64,000 nucleotides of DNA from Octopus sinensis (lineage: Eukaryota), in NCBI RefSeq assembly GCF_006345805.1, contig NC_043019.1, positions 25,791,360 through 25,855,359 of the forward strand, read 5' to 3'. Position 1 is the first letter of the stretch. Every line of letters starts with the position of its first letter. The notes beneath the pieces are model-generated. The model worked only from the letters and a program-made list of their open reading frames with translations. It ran no database searches and had not been told where the DNA came from. A program made the translations under genes and the position numbers. This document shows, in pieces, positions 51,651-64,000 of the stretch.

Positions 51651-52186
51651 TCTCTTTTTCATTTTTTTACGTGTTTCAGTCATTTGATTGCGGCCATGCT
51701 GGGGCACTGCCATTTAGTCAAATAAAATAAGCACCAGACTTAGAAATATGTAGTGGCGTTCATTTGTTCCATTAAACCCTTTAAGCCGGTGCCCCAGCAT
51801 GGTCGCAACCATATTTCAGACATCATGTATCTAAGATTATAACTCTGTAACGTGTTCTTCTTTACCGATATTGTTTTGACAAAAATTTGCACTATTCCAA
51901 GAGTCGTGTAATCAAAGCCAGCCCTACCATGACCATCTCGTATTATTTCTTCAAAAATACTTACCTTGGACTAAAGGTTCCACTATGTCCCCTTTACAAC
52001 AGTAGGATATGGCTTTGGTAACGATTGGCTGCTATTTCTAGCTGGGTGGGACATCATTTATTCATTTATGGACTCGTTTGCGTCTTGGTCAACCTCTATC
52101 CTCCAAGAGACTTGTAATCAAAGTCCCTCCATTCGTGACCATCCTTTCTATTTCCAGACACAGTGTCTAATATATCATTATTCAAT

Positions 52187-52585
52187 GTAGGCGCAAGTGT
52201 GGCCGTATGGTAAAAAGTTTTTACTTCCAAACCACATTGTTCCGGGTTCAGTCCCACTGATCGGCACCTTGGGCATGTGTCTTCTACTCTGGCCGACCAA
52301 AGCCTTATGAGTGGATTTAGTAGACGGAAACTGAAAGAAGCACGTCGTATATGTGTGTGTGTTTTTCTGTCTGTCTTTGTGTCTATGATTGTCTCCCACC
52401 ATCGCTTGACAAGCGGTGTTGGTGTGTTTACATCCCCGTAACCTAGTGGTTCGGCAGAAGAAACCGATGGTATAAGTACCAGGCTTTGAAAAAGTATTGG
52501 ATCGATTCGATTGGCTGAAATTCTTCGAGGCGGTGCCCCAGCATGGCTGCAGTCTAAATGCTGAAACAAGTGTAAGATAAAAGAT
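52187..52585 (+). mobile_element. SINE family A (followed by a B-variant at ~52605-52790)
   Basis: Head GGCGCAAGTGTGGCCGTATGGT, CORE-like block, tail GCCCCAGCATGGCTGCAGTC. Confidence 0.85.
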
Positions 52586-53419
52586 GTGCTACCAGGAAAA
52601 GGGCGGCGAACTGGCAAGCAGCATTTCATCAGTTTTTCATGTTCTGAGCTCAATTTTCGTCGAGGTCCACTTTGCCGTTCATCACGTGGAGACTGATAAA
52701 ATAAGTTGCCAGTCGGTCACGAGTTGCTACAATCGACTTACCCTTTCTTTCCAAATTGCTGGCTTTGTGCCAAAATTCGAAACCAGCACAATACCACCTC
52801 GATTTTGTTGTGTACCCCGGGTTTGCGCTACTCCAGCAGACCTACCCCACAAAGACGTGCCATCCGTGACCAGCCATCTTTTCTTTTTGCAGACATGGTG
52901 TATCTAGGACTACATTATTCAATGTATACTTCCTTCTTTACTGATGTAATTAATTCCACATCTGCTCTAAACTACCCCAGTCCTATGTTCATAGACGCTC
53001 AAGTTTTGACCCTTTTTTGTCATTTATTTCGCCCCTGGGTATAATTCTCGCTCAATTTATCTTTCGACTTATTTTCAAAAGAGTAAAATATAAATGCTAC
53101 TGCTATTTCTAGCAGTCAGAGCTCCCGCCTAGACATTGACCAGTTCATAAGTACAATTCATCAGTAGTTTATCTACACGTAACCACCTCACGTGGATGAG
53201 TCGAGAGACTCACCCCCCCCCACACACACACACATACACACGCGCACGCACACGCATGCGCGCATGCATGCATATACACATACGTTACCAACCAATCGTG
53301 TCGTACAAGATCGATCGATGAATGCGCAAGCAGACATACAACACTGCGATGTTAGCGTAACCTCGTCTCTTCTCAATCACGTCACACATTATTGTCACTC
53401 AGTGGTGTCTACTGTAATG

Positions 53420-54335
<916 letters not shown>

Positions 54336-54559
54336 AGCAACAACAAAAAACAGCAAGGAGGAGGAGGAGGAGATCAAAAGACTATTAACCATTTACTGTT
54401 CCTTGGTGTTTCTCGAGATCTCAATTTATACAGTAAGATTGAGAGATAATTGAAAAGCTTTGTCAATTTTGTTGACATGGTATATCAAAGACATCAGAAT
54501 AGAATTTGGTAATGTCATCTGTAGAAATTCTTGTGACGAAGAAAGGGAAAATATCTTAA

Positions 54560-55600
54560 AAGAGCAGTGAGATACGTGAAATTGATAAAGATTATGAATA
54601 TGAGTATCTGGAAGTTTATGAAACCGGTGGTATTAAGAATAAAACAATGAATATTTCCGAGAGATAAAGAGATTACGAAAATCCACACTCAATGGCATTA
54701 ATACCATCACTGACATAAACTCAAGAGCAGTAGCTGTCATCAGGTAGAGCACTGGCATCATCAAATGGATAAAGGAATTCCTTGAGAACACGGATAGAAA
54801 ACCGATGAAAATGCTAGTAATTAACAGGGCATTATACCCACAGGCAGATGTTGACAGATTGTGTTTCAACAGAAAGAATGGAGAAAAGAGATTGGTTAGT
54901 ATAAAATGTAGAGGGATCAAGGAAGTATGTCACTGGCAACAAGAAAATGTCTTTGATAGCAGAAAGAGGAGAAAATACGTTAGCTGGTGATAGAGAGAAA
55001 AATTTAAATTATCGATGCTGGAATATAACGATACGAAGAGGAAACTTTCATTTCAATGGCTACAGAAGAGAATGTTGCAGAAGGTGACAAAGGGATTGAT
55101 TCTAACTGCGCGGAAACAAGTAATGAGTACCACGAGAACATAAACAGAAAAATACATGAACTGAATGTAAATGTAAAATATGTGAAGCAAAAGAAAGGAC
55201 AGTTGTGCATGTCGTCTCTGAATGCAAAATGCTTGCCCAGAGAGTCCATAAGAACTAGAGACATGAGAAAGTTTCTACAATCATACATTGACAAATCTGT
55301 AAAAAAAAAAAAAAGATGGATTTAAACATATGGGAAAATAGTATGAGCATAAAACGAAACATCCTTAGATGACCATGTAAAGGTATTATGAGATATGAAA
55401 CTTCAATCAGATGGGCACATAGAACAAACAGATATTGCTGTATTCAGTAAAGAAAGAGAGTGTGTTGCTTAATCGATATTGCCTGCCTGTTTGATGCAAG
55501 AATGGGAGACAAGGAATGTGAAAAAAAAATACAAAAATATCAGGGCCTAAAATACAAACTTCAAGGAACTTAGAATTGCCATAAAGTTATCATTATCTCA
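54560..55600 (+). mobile_element. Degraded R4/Dong-like LINE (RT thumb to RLE)
   Basis: KSTLNGINTITDINSRAVAVIR*STGIIKW...RALYPQADVDRLCFNRKNGEKRLVSI and RLE remnant DIAVFSK...LIDIACLFDARMGDKECEK..KYQGLK. Confidence 0.85.
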
Positions 55601-56044
55601 CCTGTAAGCAGAAATATATATTTTATTGTTGTTTGCCTTCTCCTGGATTATCTCCGTAACAAAAAGAAAAATGCTGTTGAGTTTGCAAATCCTCCCACCC
55701 ATATTTTTCTTATAACCGTAACGGGTCAAAAACGTTCCCATCAGTTTATTTCGTACTAAAGGCAGCTGTGGTTTCTCACAGCAGATACAAGAACGGACTG
55801 AAATATTTGGAATCGCATAAGAGCCCTTACTGCTAGTATTGCTGTTCTTGTGGCTGCCACCGTCTTCCAAATCACTTATTTGAGCTTTTGGCACATTTTC
55901 TTCAATTAGTTATTCTCTTTAATATTTATTCCCTTCTTGTACATTTGTGTATTTTGATTTAGTGTTGTACTTTTTGCCATTGTAGTTTGTTTCGTATTTT
56001 TTGTCATTTGGCATAACTACGTGTGGTAAAGGGTCAAGACGCTC

Positions 56045-56285
56045 TTAGGTCATGTATAACCAAAGGATTTCATCTAGAAAGTTCCCCTCCGAGGCACAAA
56101 ACCGGTCATGGTTGTTTAAGAAAGACCAGCAGTCACCCATGCATACCAGCCTCCACATCTCCACATCACCAATGTTATCCAAGAGAAAGACAAAAGTCGA
56201 TTACAGTTGGACACAAGTGACGTTGCAGTTCATTTCTACAACTGAGTGAACTCAAGCAATGCGAAATGAAGTGTTTTGCTCAATA
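56045..56285 (-). mobile_element. SINE family D body
   Basis: CTAGAAAGTT.CCCTCC.AGGCACAA and CCCATGCATACCAGCCTCC are shared with 577-915. Confidence 0.8.
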
Positions 56286-56290
56286 GTAGT

Positions 56291-56515
56291 GGCAGAGGTG
56301 GCGGCAGCGGTGGCAGCGGCGGCAGCGGCGGCAGCGGCGGCAGCGGCGGCAGCGGCGGCAGCGGCGGCAGCGGCGGCAGCGGCGGCAGCGGCGGCAGCGG
56401 CGCAGCGGCGGCAGCGGCGGCAGCGGCGGCAGCGGCGGCAGCGGCGGCAGCGGCGGCAGCGGCGGCAGCGGCGGCAGCGGCGGCAGCGGCGGCAGCGGCG
56501 GCAGCGGCGGCAGCG
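56291..56515. repeat. GC-rich 9-bp tandem repeat (GGCAGCGGC)n
   Basis: About two dozen units with one phase slip near 56400. Confidence 0.95.
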
Positions 56516-57084
56516 ACAACGACGACGACGAGTATAACGAATGTGGCGGCGCTGGTAGCGGAAATGACACTGACGGCGGCGGCAGCGGCGACAACGGCGA
56601 TGACTGCGACGACGACGACGACGACGGTGATGGCAATGACAGTGATGACAACGACAGCGACTCCCTCCACCACCACCACCACCACTATAATACGCATTCA
56701 CACTATACTGTGTATAATTCTTTGATCTGCCCTCTTCATTCCTTTGCGCAGATTTTTCTTTTTACATTTTAATGGCCGTTAACAGTACGAGGATGAATTT
56801 TTAAAGGAGTTCACCTTTGACAGGACACCGCTTCTGATGCACAAATTGTATTTGATAGTTAGCCTCCTCGCATTAAACTCATGTTATGGTATTCCAACAC
56901 AAATCCCCGTTCCAACGAATAAAGTTTTAGCCCCCACCACCACCACTACCACCAGCACCACCAACATCATCCCCTCCACACTTTGATTTATAAACGGACG
57001 CGTTTGGTTCGTTTTTGTTTGTTTCTGCCCCTTCCCCCCCCCCTTTATTTTTTAACTTCATGCTATTGCCAAAATTTATTGTAT

Positions 57085-57490
57085 GTCAAGTAGGAGTGGC
57101 TGTGTGGTAAGTAGCTTGCTTATGAACCACATGATTCCTGGTTCAGACCCACTGCGTGGCACCTTGGGCAAGTGGCTTCTACTATAGCCTCGGGCCGACC
57201 AAAGCCTTGTGAGTGGATTTAGTAGACGGAAACTGAAAGAAGCCCGTCGTATATATGTATATATATATGTGTGTGTTTGTATGTCTGTTTGTCCTCCCAA
57301 CATCGCTTGACAACCGATACTGGTGTGTCTACGTCCCCGTAACTTAGCGGTCCGGCAAAAGAGAACCGATAGAATAAGTACTAGGCTTACAAAGAATAAG
57401 TCCTGGGGTCGATTTGCTCGACTAAAGGCGGTGCTTCAGCATGGCCGCAGTCAAATGACTGAAACAAGTAAAAAGAGAAAAAGAGAAAGA
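57085..57490 (+). mobile_element. SINE family A, full length
   Basis: Complete head to AAGTAAAAAGAG tail. Confidence 0.92.
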
Positions 57491-58104
57491 GAAATTATAT
57501 TAATGTATATAATGGTTCTAAATTTTGGCACAGGAACTGCAGTTTTAGGATTGGTAGTTAAGTCAGTTGCGTTGAGTCTGGTATCCAGCTTGGTACTTAT
57601 TTTATCGACCCCGAAAGAATGCGGCCTCGACGGAATTTGTACTCTCGGCTCAAAAACGGTCGAAATGCCAGCCCGTCGCCTTACGTTGACATATATAAAT
57701 ACCCTTTCTGTTATAGGCACAAGGTCTGGGATTTTGTTGGAGTTGGTCAGTCGATTACATTGACCCCAGTGATCAACTGGTAGTTATTTCATCGACCCCG
57801 AAAGAATGAATGGCGAAATCGTAAAAGATGGACGATATGCCACTAAGTATTTTGTCCGGCGTGCTAACGATTCTGCTAGCTCGCCGCCTTGAATTTACAT
57901 ATATAGTAACGACATGTGGGATATAAAGTAATTATCTAATCTGCTAATTGGAGTCAACTTTTGTGAGGTCAAGAGTCGACCTTATGAGGTCACCTTTGTG
58001 AGGCTTTAGAAAATAACATTTGCCCAGTGTCGCGCAGAGTTCGAACCCGGAACTTCATCACTTGCGAAGTGAACTTCTTAACCAATCAACCATACTACGC
58101 CTGT

Positions 58105-58418
58105 ATTCAGAATCTATAGAAAGACCTGGAAATAGAGGTAACTCAAATGTGGAATCTAAAAACAGAAACAATTCCTATCATAGTAGGCGCATTAGGTATG
58201 ATAAAATATATTCAGACTAATACATAACAAAAACACCAGGACTTACAAATATATATAACATACAGAAAATAGCACTACTAGGTACTGCACACATTCTACG
58301 CAAAACACTTTCAATACAGTAACCATCAGAGCATCACAACAAACCACAGTACATACCCAAGGCACACAGAGCTGCACTCGGTAGTGAAGTGAAAGCACAC
58401 AATAACAATAAAACTACC

Positions 58419-58509
<91 letters not shown>

Positions 58510-58510
58510 G
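58105..58510 (+). mobile_element. 3' end of an R4/Dong-like LINE with 3' UTR and (TAA)n tail
   Basis: KDLEIEVTQMWNLKTETIPIIVGALGMIK...IQKIALLGTAHILRKTLSIQ*, UTR GCACACAGAGCTGCACTCGGTAGTGAAGTGAAAGCAC, then (AAT)n. Confidence 0.9.
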
Positions 58511-58869
58511 AAGCAAATAAAGAAGAGTGCCATTGTTTTCAAATGAACAATATTTCGTCATCTCGTGTGTCTTCCACGGGTTCAAAGGTAAACTTGTCAA
58601 TCTCAGTCACTGCGCGAAAGAAGAAAATGTGGAAAGGGGAACAAAAGCATGAACCAGTTTCTAAGTGAGTGCAGTAAGCTAGCACAAAAAGATTATAAAC
58701 GCAGGTATAACTGTGTCGGTAAAAGAATACATTAGTATGTTAACCAAGTTTGTGGATTTGAAGTGAAGGGAAAATGATATAAACACACGGCAGAGGCTGT
58801 GATGGTGAATAATGATTTTGGAGTTTACTATAAAAACAAGAGAACCGTATATGATTGTAGAGGACAGGA

Positions 58870-59200
58870 AAAAAAAACAATCATCGTAAGACCATAGACT
58901 TTGCAATCTCATACGACGGGGAAGTAAATATCAAGGAAATTGAGAAAATAGAGAAATATTAGGATTAAGCGAGCTAAAGGGATTATGGACGACAAGAGTA
59001 AGAATATGTTCCTGGAGTAACTGGTTTACTTTACATAGCACCCGAATTGCTACCTGAGAGGCTGTTGGGTACTAGAACTGAGATCCACACGGCTGACTTG
59101 CAGAAATGTGTCATCCCTTATTCTGCAAAAAAAACCCTGGGAAAGGTTGTTGATATTTGAGGAAACTTGTTCTAGCCAAAGCTTTAGGATAACATCTCTG
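58870..59200 (+). mobile_element. Degraded RLE domain of another R4-like LINE
   Basis: IDFAISYDGEVNIKEIEKIEKY...ELKGLW...DLQKCVIPYSAKKTLGKVVDI. Confidence 0.75.
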
Positions 59201-59258
59201 CTAATTAAAACAGCATGTAATAGCTTTTGCATAATAATAATAATATTGATGATGATGG

Positions 59259-59322
<64 letters not shown>

Positions 59323-59383
59323 ATCGACGACGACGATGATGATGTGAGTGGTGATTTCTAATATTGGCAGCAGCACCAGTAGC

Positions 59384-59427
<44 letters not shown>

Positions 59428-59491
59428 CAGCAGCAGCAGCAATAACAGCAGCTGTATTACCTTTAGCAGAGCTCTAGAAAATTCTCTCTCT

Positions 59492-59556
<65 letters not shown>

Positions 59557-60176
59557 TTTCCGAAATATAAATTATTATTTATTAATAAAATTCCCTCTCT
59601 CTCCCTCCCTCGTTGTTTTCGATAGCAAAACCACCTGCCTATTGTGCGGATTCTCCTCATAAACTACGAAATGATGGCAATGCAAATTTCACGTTTCCGT
59701 TTCCTAGGTGATAAAGTAATTGAAAATGACTAAATATTCTCTTCAACGGCACAAACGATACCGACATTTTATGTAAACACAAATGTCGGAGAAATTTAAT
59801 ATAAACAAGCTGTATTTATTACAGAATAGAAGAGACACGGAATTTGAGTATTCAGAAATAAAGCCGAATAAAAGTACAATAGGTTCCAGACTTCAATAGC
59901 TATAAAAGGTTCTCAATGTTCGGAGTATGCTTGACTAAATGACTTGTACAGATCAAATAGAATCTACATAATTTTGTATTTAAGTTTTGCTTCTGAAATG
60001 GGAGCACCTTGTGTAGAATGTCTGCTGTGCTTAGCAGGATTACTTTTCAGTGACTATATAGGGAAGGGGTTCTCAACTAAATTTTTCCAGTGAAACCCTT
60101 TGATCCCTACGTCACTTGTACGGACCCTCATAGCCATTCAGTGTTTTAAAATCCTATCATACTTTTCATAATTAAA

Positions 60177-60510
60177 TGGCACCTTGGGCAAGTGTCTTCT
60201 GCTATAGCCTCGGGCCGACCAATGCCTTGTGAGTAGATTTGGTAGACGGAAACTGAAAGAAGCCTGTCGTATATATGTATATATATATATATGTATGTGT
60301 GTGTATGTTTGTGTGTCTGTGTTTGTCCCCCTAGCATTGCTTGACAACCAATGCTGGTGTGTTTATGTCCCCGTCACTTAGCGGTTCGGCAGAAGAGACC
60401 GATAGAATAAGTACTGGGCTTACAAAGAATAAGTCCCGGGGTCGAGTTGCTCGATTAAAGGCGGTGCTCCAGCATGGCCGCAGTCAAATGACTGAAACAA
60501 GTAAAAGAGT
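60177..60510 (+). mobile_element. SINE family A, 5'-truncated
   Basis: Starts at GGCACCTTGGGCAAG and runs to the AAGTAAAAGAGTAT tail. Confidence 0.9.
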
Positions 60511-60534
60511 ATATACGTATATACTTGTGAAAAA

Positions 60535-60830
60535 TAGTGCTCCGTCGGTTACTACGATGAGGAGTTTCTGAGTTGATCCGATCAACGGAATAGCCTGCTG
60601 CTCGTGAAATTAACATGCAAGTGGCTGAGCACTCCACAGACACGTGTAACCTTAACGTAGTCCTCGGGGAGATTCAGTGTGACATAGAATGTGACAAGGC
60701 TTGCTCCTTTTGAAATACAGTTACAACTCACTTTTGCCAGCTGAGTGGACTGGGGCAACGTGAAATAAAGTGTCTTGCTCAAGGACACGACGCGTCGCCG
60801 GGTATCAAATTCATGACCTTATGTGAGTCG
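60535..60830 (-). mobile_element. SINE family C-related copy
   Basis: GCTCCGTCGGTTAC...GAGCACTCCACAGACACGTGT...AAGTGTCTTGCTCAAGGACAC. Confidence 0.82.
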
Positions 60831-61039
60831 AATACCCACGCACCTTCATATATACATACAGATTTACATAGATATATACATAAATTTAAAATAATAAGGG
60901 TGAAAAATTTAATATTAATTATTAATATCAATTTTAAACCAGTGGTCTAGCATATAGAGAAATCTGAAGATTCAGAAAAATTATATTACATACATATAAG
61001 AGGGATTTAGTGGTCATCCCTCTTATATGTATGTAGATA

Positions 61040-61098
61040 TATACATAGATAGACAGACAGGCAGGAAGGCATGCAGGAAGGCATGCTGGAAGTCAAGC

Positions 61099-61194
<96 letters not shown>

Positions 61195-61286
61195 GGATAG
61201 ATAGATAGGCAGAGACAGACAGACAGACAGACAGACATGCAGGCAGATAGATAGACAGACAAACAGACGGATTGATAGATAGATAT

Positions 61287-61328
<42 letters not shown>

Positions 61329-61418
61329 GATAGATAGATAGACAGGCAGAGACAGACACGCAGATAGATAGACAGACAGACAGACGGATAGATAGATAGA
61401 TAGATAGATAGACAGACG

Positions 61419-61495
<77 letters not shown>

Positions 61496-61680
61496 ATAGA
61501 TAGATTGGTAGGTAGGCAGGCAGGTAGGTAGGTAGGTAGGTAGGTAGGTAGGTAGAGAGAGAGAGAGAGAAATGTAGGCAGGTAGGTAGGTAGGTATGTA
61601 TGTAGGTAGGTAGGTAGGTAGGTAGGTAGGTAGGTAGGTAGGTAGGTAGGTAGGTAGGTAGGTAGGTAGGTAGGTAGGTA
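61040..61680. repeat. (GATA)n/(GACA)n/(GGTA)n tetranucleotide arrays
   Basis: Direct reading. Confidence 0.95.
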
Positions 61681-62312
61681 AAGAGAGGGAATTAGATGTT
61701 CGGAAGTCTGAATGTATCTATAGCAAAAGAGAAAAATGCAAGAAAAAAAAGAAAGCCTTGTTCTTTAACCTCTCAGCAATTGTTTGATTGTCCTTCACAA
61801 GAAAATTCTCAATGAGCCACGAATGGCAAGACAAATAACTATCGATCACGTTCTAGGTCGAGTTGCAGAAACTCTACTCCGAAACAATACTAAATGAATT
61901 TCGTATGAACAGCTGAAACAATTCCTGTCATTCACCAATAATAGATCAATGATGTTATCAATAATATTTTGTGTTTACTCAGTTTCCTGAAAAAGTAAAA
62001 ATGAATTAGAAAACAATAGGGGGGAAAAAAATGGTATTTTTCGCTAAAAATTGTAGAATTTGCATCCATCGCGCTATTGAAATTGATGGTGTTATTGAAA
62101 TATTTATTTTTATGGGTTGGTGTGTGCTTGTGTGTGGGTGAGTATATGCTTCAATGATATGTGAGTGTGTATGCGTGCATGTGTGTGCGTTTGTGAGTGT
62201 GTGTATCTATATATCTATCTATCTATATATATATATATATACATGCATACATACCTACATAACACACATATATATATATGCATACATACATACATACAGT
62301 CTATTAAATATA

Positions 62313-62394
<82 letters not shown>

Positions 62395-62466
62395 TATATA
62401 TATATATATATGCACGCATACATACATACATGTATATATATATATATATATATTATACATATAATA

Positions 62467-62500
<34 letters not shown>

Positions 62501-62590
62501 CTTTTTCAGATTCTGATGTGAAATCGTATCGGTTTCAACATATACGTGTGTGTTTGTTGTGTGTTTTGTGTGTGTGGTGTGTGTGTGGGG

Positions 62591-62623
<33 letters not shown>

Positions 62624-63018
62624 TGTGGTGTGTAATAGTACTCAAATGCTTGAATAGTTTGGTGTAGAATTTATGAGAGTGGTCTGTGATTTTAAATATA
62701 ACCAAAACAGCATGAATTCCAGAAGCATTTAAATTTATGTAAATGAAAGAGCACTGAAAAATATATGAAGGTATATATGTCTGTGTTTATGTATATGCAT
62801 ATGCTTGCATGTATGTATTTGTGTGTATGTGTGTGTGTATGTGTGATGTGTAAAAAATCTTTTTTTGAGGGAAAAGAGTGAAACTCGAAGTAGACATAAG
62901 CTACAAAAGAACAGCGTGTAAATATCAGATTATAAACCTTTTCTTTTGCATGCCATTATTTACATTTATTTCTGAGGCGACGAGTGCCTATCGCTGACAA
63001 GAACAAGGAAGACCGAAA

Positions 63019-63100
63019 TTACGTGAACTTACGTGACAGCGATTTATCTCCCTGCTAGCGATATAAGCAGGAGTGCATTTTGCGCCAAAAGACAGCATGA
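63019..63100 (+). promoter_or_regulatory. Possible promoter-like cluster
   Basis: TTACGTGA twice (63019, 63029), GATATAAG (63060) and TTTTGCGCCAAAA (E2F-like TTTTGGCGC on the minus strand, 63078-63090) in a CpG-richer unique island; motif matching only. Confidence 0.3.
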
Positions 63101-63183
63101 GAGTTTTTCTCACGGTGTATGCTGCAGTATAGTGCGCTGTAACAGAACCTTCCAGAGGGAATAAATATTATTCCTTATACCTC

Positions 63184-63231
<48 letters not shown>

Positions 63232-63237
63232 GTATGT

Positions 63238-63285
<48 letters not shown>

Positions 63286-63530
63286 AGACGGTTGAAAAGG
63301 AACACACGAGTTGACATATATATGGAAAAAAGTCAAGTGAGAAAATGCTAAAATAAAACTTCGGCCATGCTAGAGCACCGCTATAAAGGTTCTTATCTAA
63401 TATACGTAAACTTAGCTCTTACTTTGAACTTCAATTATCATAAAAAATAATTTTGTATTGTTTATGATATATCCTTCGCAACGTATTTTTACATTGCCCT
63501 TTAATTACTTGATTTTTCATTCATATCCAG

Positions 63531-63647
63531 TTTATCGCCAGGTCTTTTCTTATAAACGCTGTGCATGACGATGGCATTCAGAATTTGAATGTGTTGATAG
63601 AGATTGACACGTTATTATTGCCGGTCGGGACAGATGAAAGCCCAAAG
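63531..63647 (+). CDS. Candidate 117-nt phase-0 exon, unknown product
   Basis: Acceptor GATTTTTCATTCATATCCAG|, open frame FIARSFLINAVHDDGIQNLNVLIEIDTLLLPVGTDESPK, donor AAG|GTATGT. Confidence 0.35.
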
Positions 63648-63962
63648 GTATGTTTTTGTGTTAATTTGTATCTACAAGAATGTTCTCCTGAAGAGAAGAG
63701 TGGAGCCGTTATGGCTCCTAATTTTGAAATTGCAATAGAGGACTAATCTTCTATTTAAGGTTTGAATTTTACGTCATGTCTCTCGCCGACAGCTTTATTG
63801 TAAAGAGATATAATACGAGTGATTATAATGGCTTTATAGCGGTTTTGACTGGTATTTCTAGACATGTAAGGATTTTTGCAACCCTCCGTTATAATTGCGT
63901 TTTTATACACACATTATACATACTTCTTATACATACAAACATATATATATATATATAATATT

Positions 63963-64000
<38 letters not shown>

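Noticed and set aside
55598-55894. 98-aa minus-strand ORF ending at a donor-like CAG|GTGAGA
   Set aside because: There is no upstream acceptor, the donor lies in antisense LINE sequence, and no motif is recognisable.

Overview
This is a repeat-saturated, AT-rich eukaryotic window. The tRNA-derived SINE families, dense TA/CA/TACA/TAA microsatellites and R4/Dong and RTE LINE debris point to an octopus (coleoid cephalopod) genome; that assignment is an inference. Almost every ORF in the supplied track is a translation of a microsatellite or SINE, and no complete gene is visible. Supportable content: at least four SINE families (some with target-site duplications, nested or tandem), degraded RLE-type LINEs (R4/Dong-like and a second family tied to TACA repeats), RTE and CR1/L2 3' ends, a hAT MITE, one 100-N gap and a few candidate orphan exons (best: minus strand 46285-45889). 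The strongest signal is a 583-bp element at 24560-25142. It has 97/98-bp terminal direct repeats (485-bp period), sits in a (TA)n tract and carries a near-canonical type I hammerhead ribozyme on the minus strand, which is the architecture of a non-LTR retrozyme. Separate short Penelope-type units carry minimal hammerheads: one has an intact core (15303-15335) and several are decayed, including one directly beside the retrozyme. All structures were paired by eye; no folding or database search was run.
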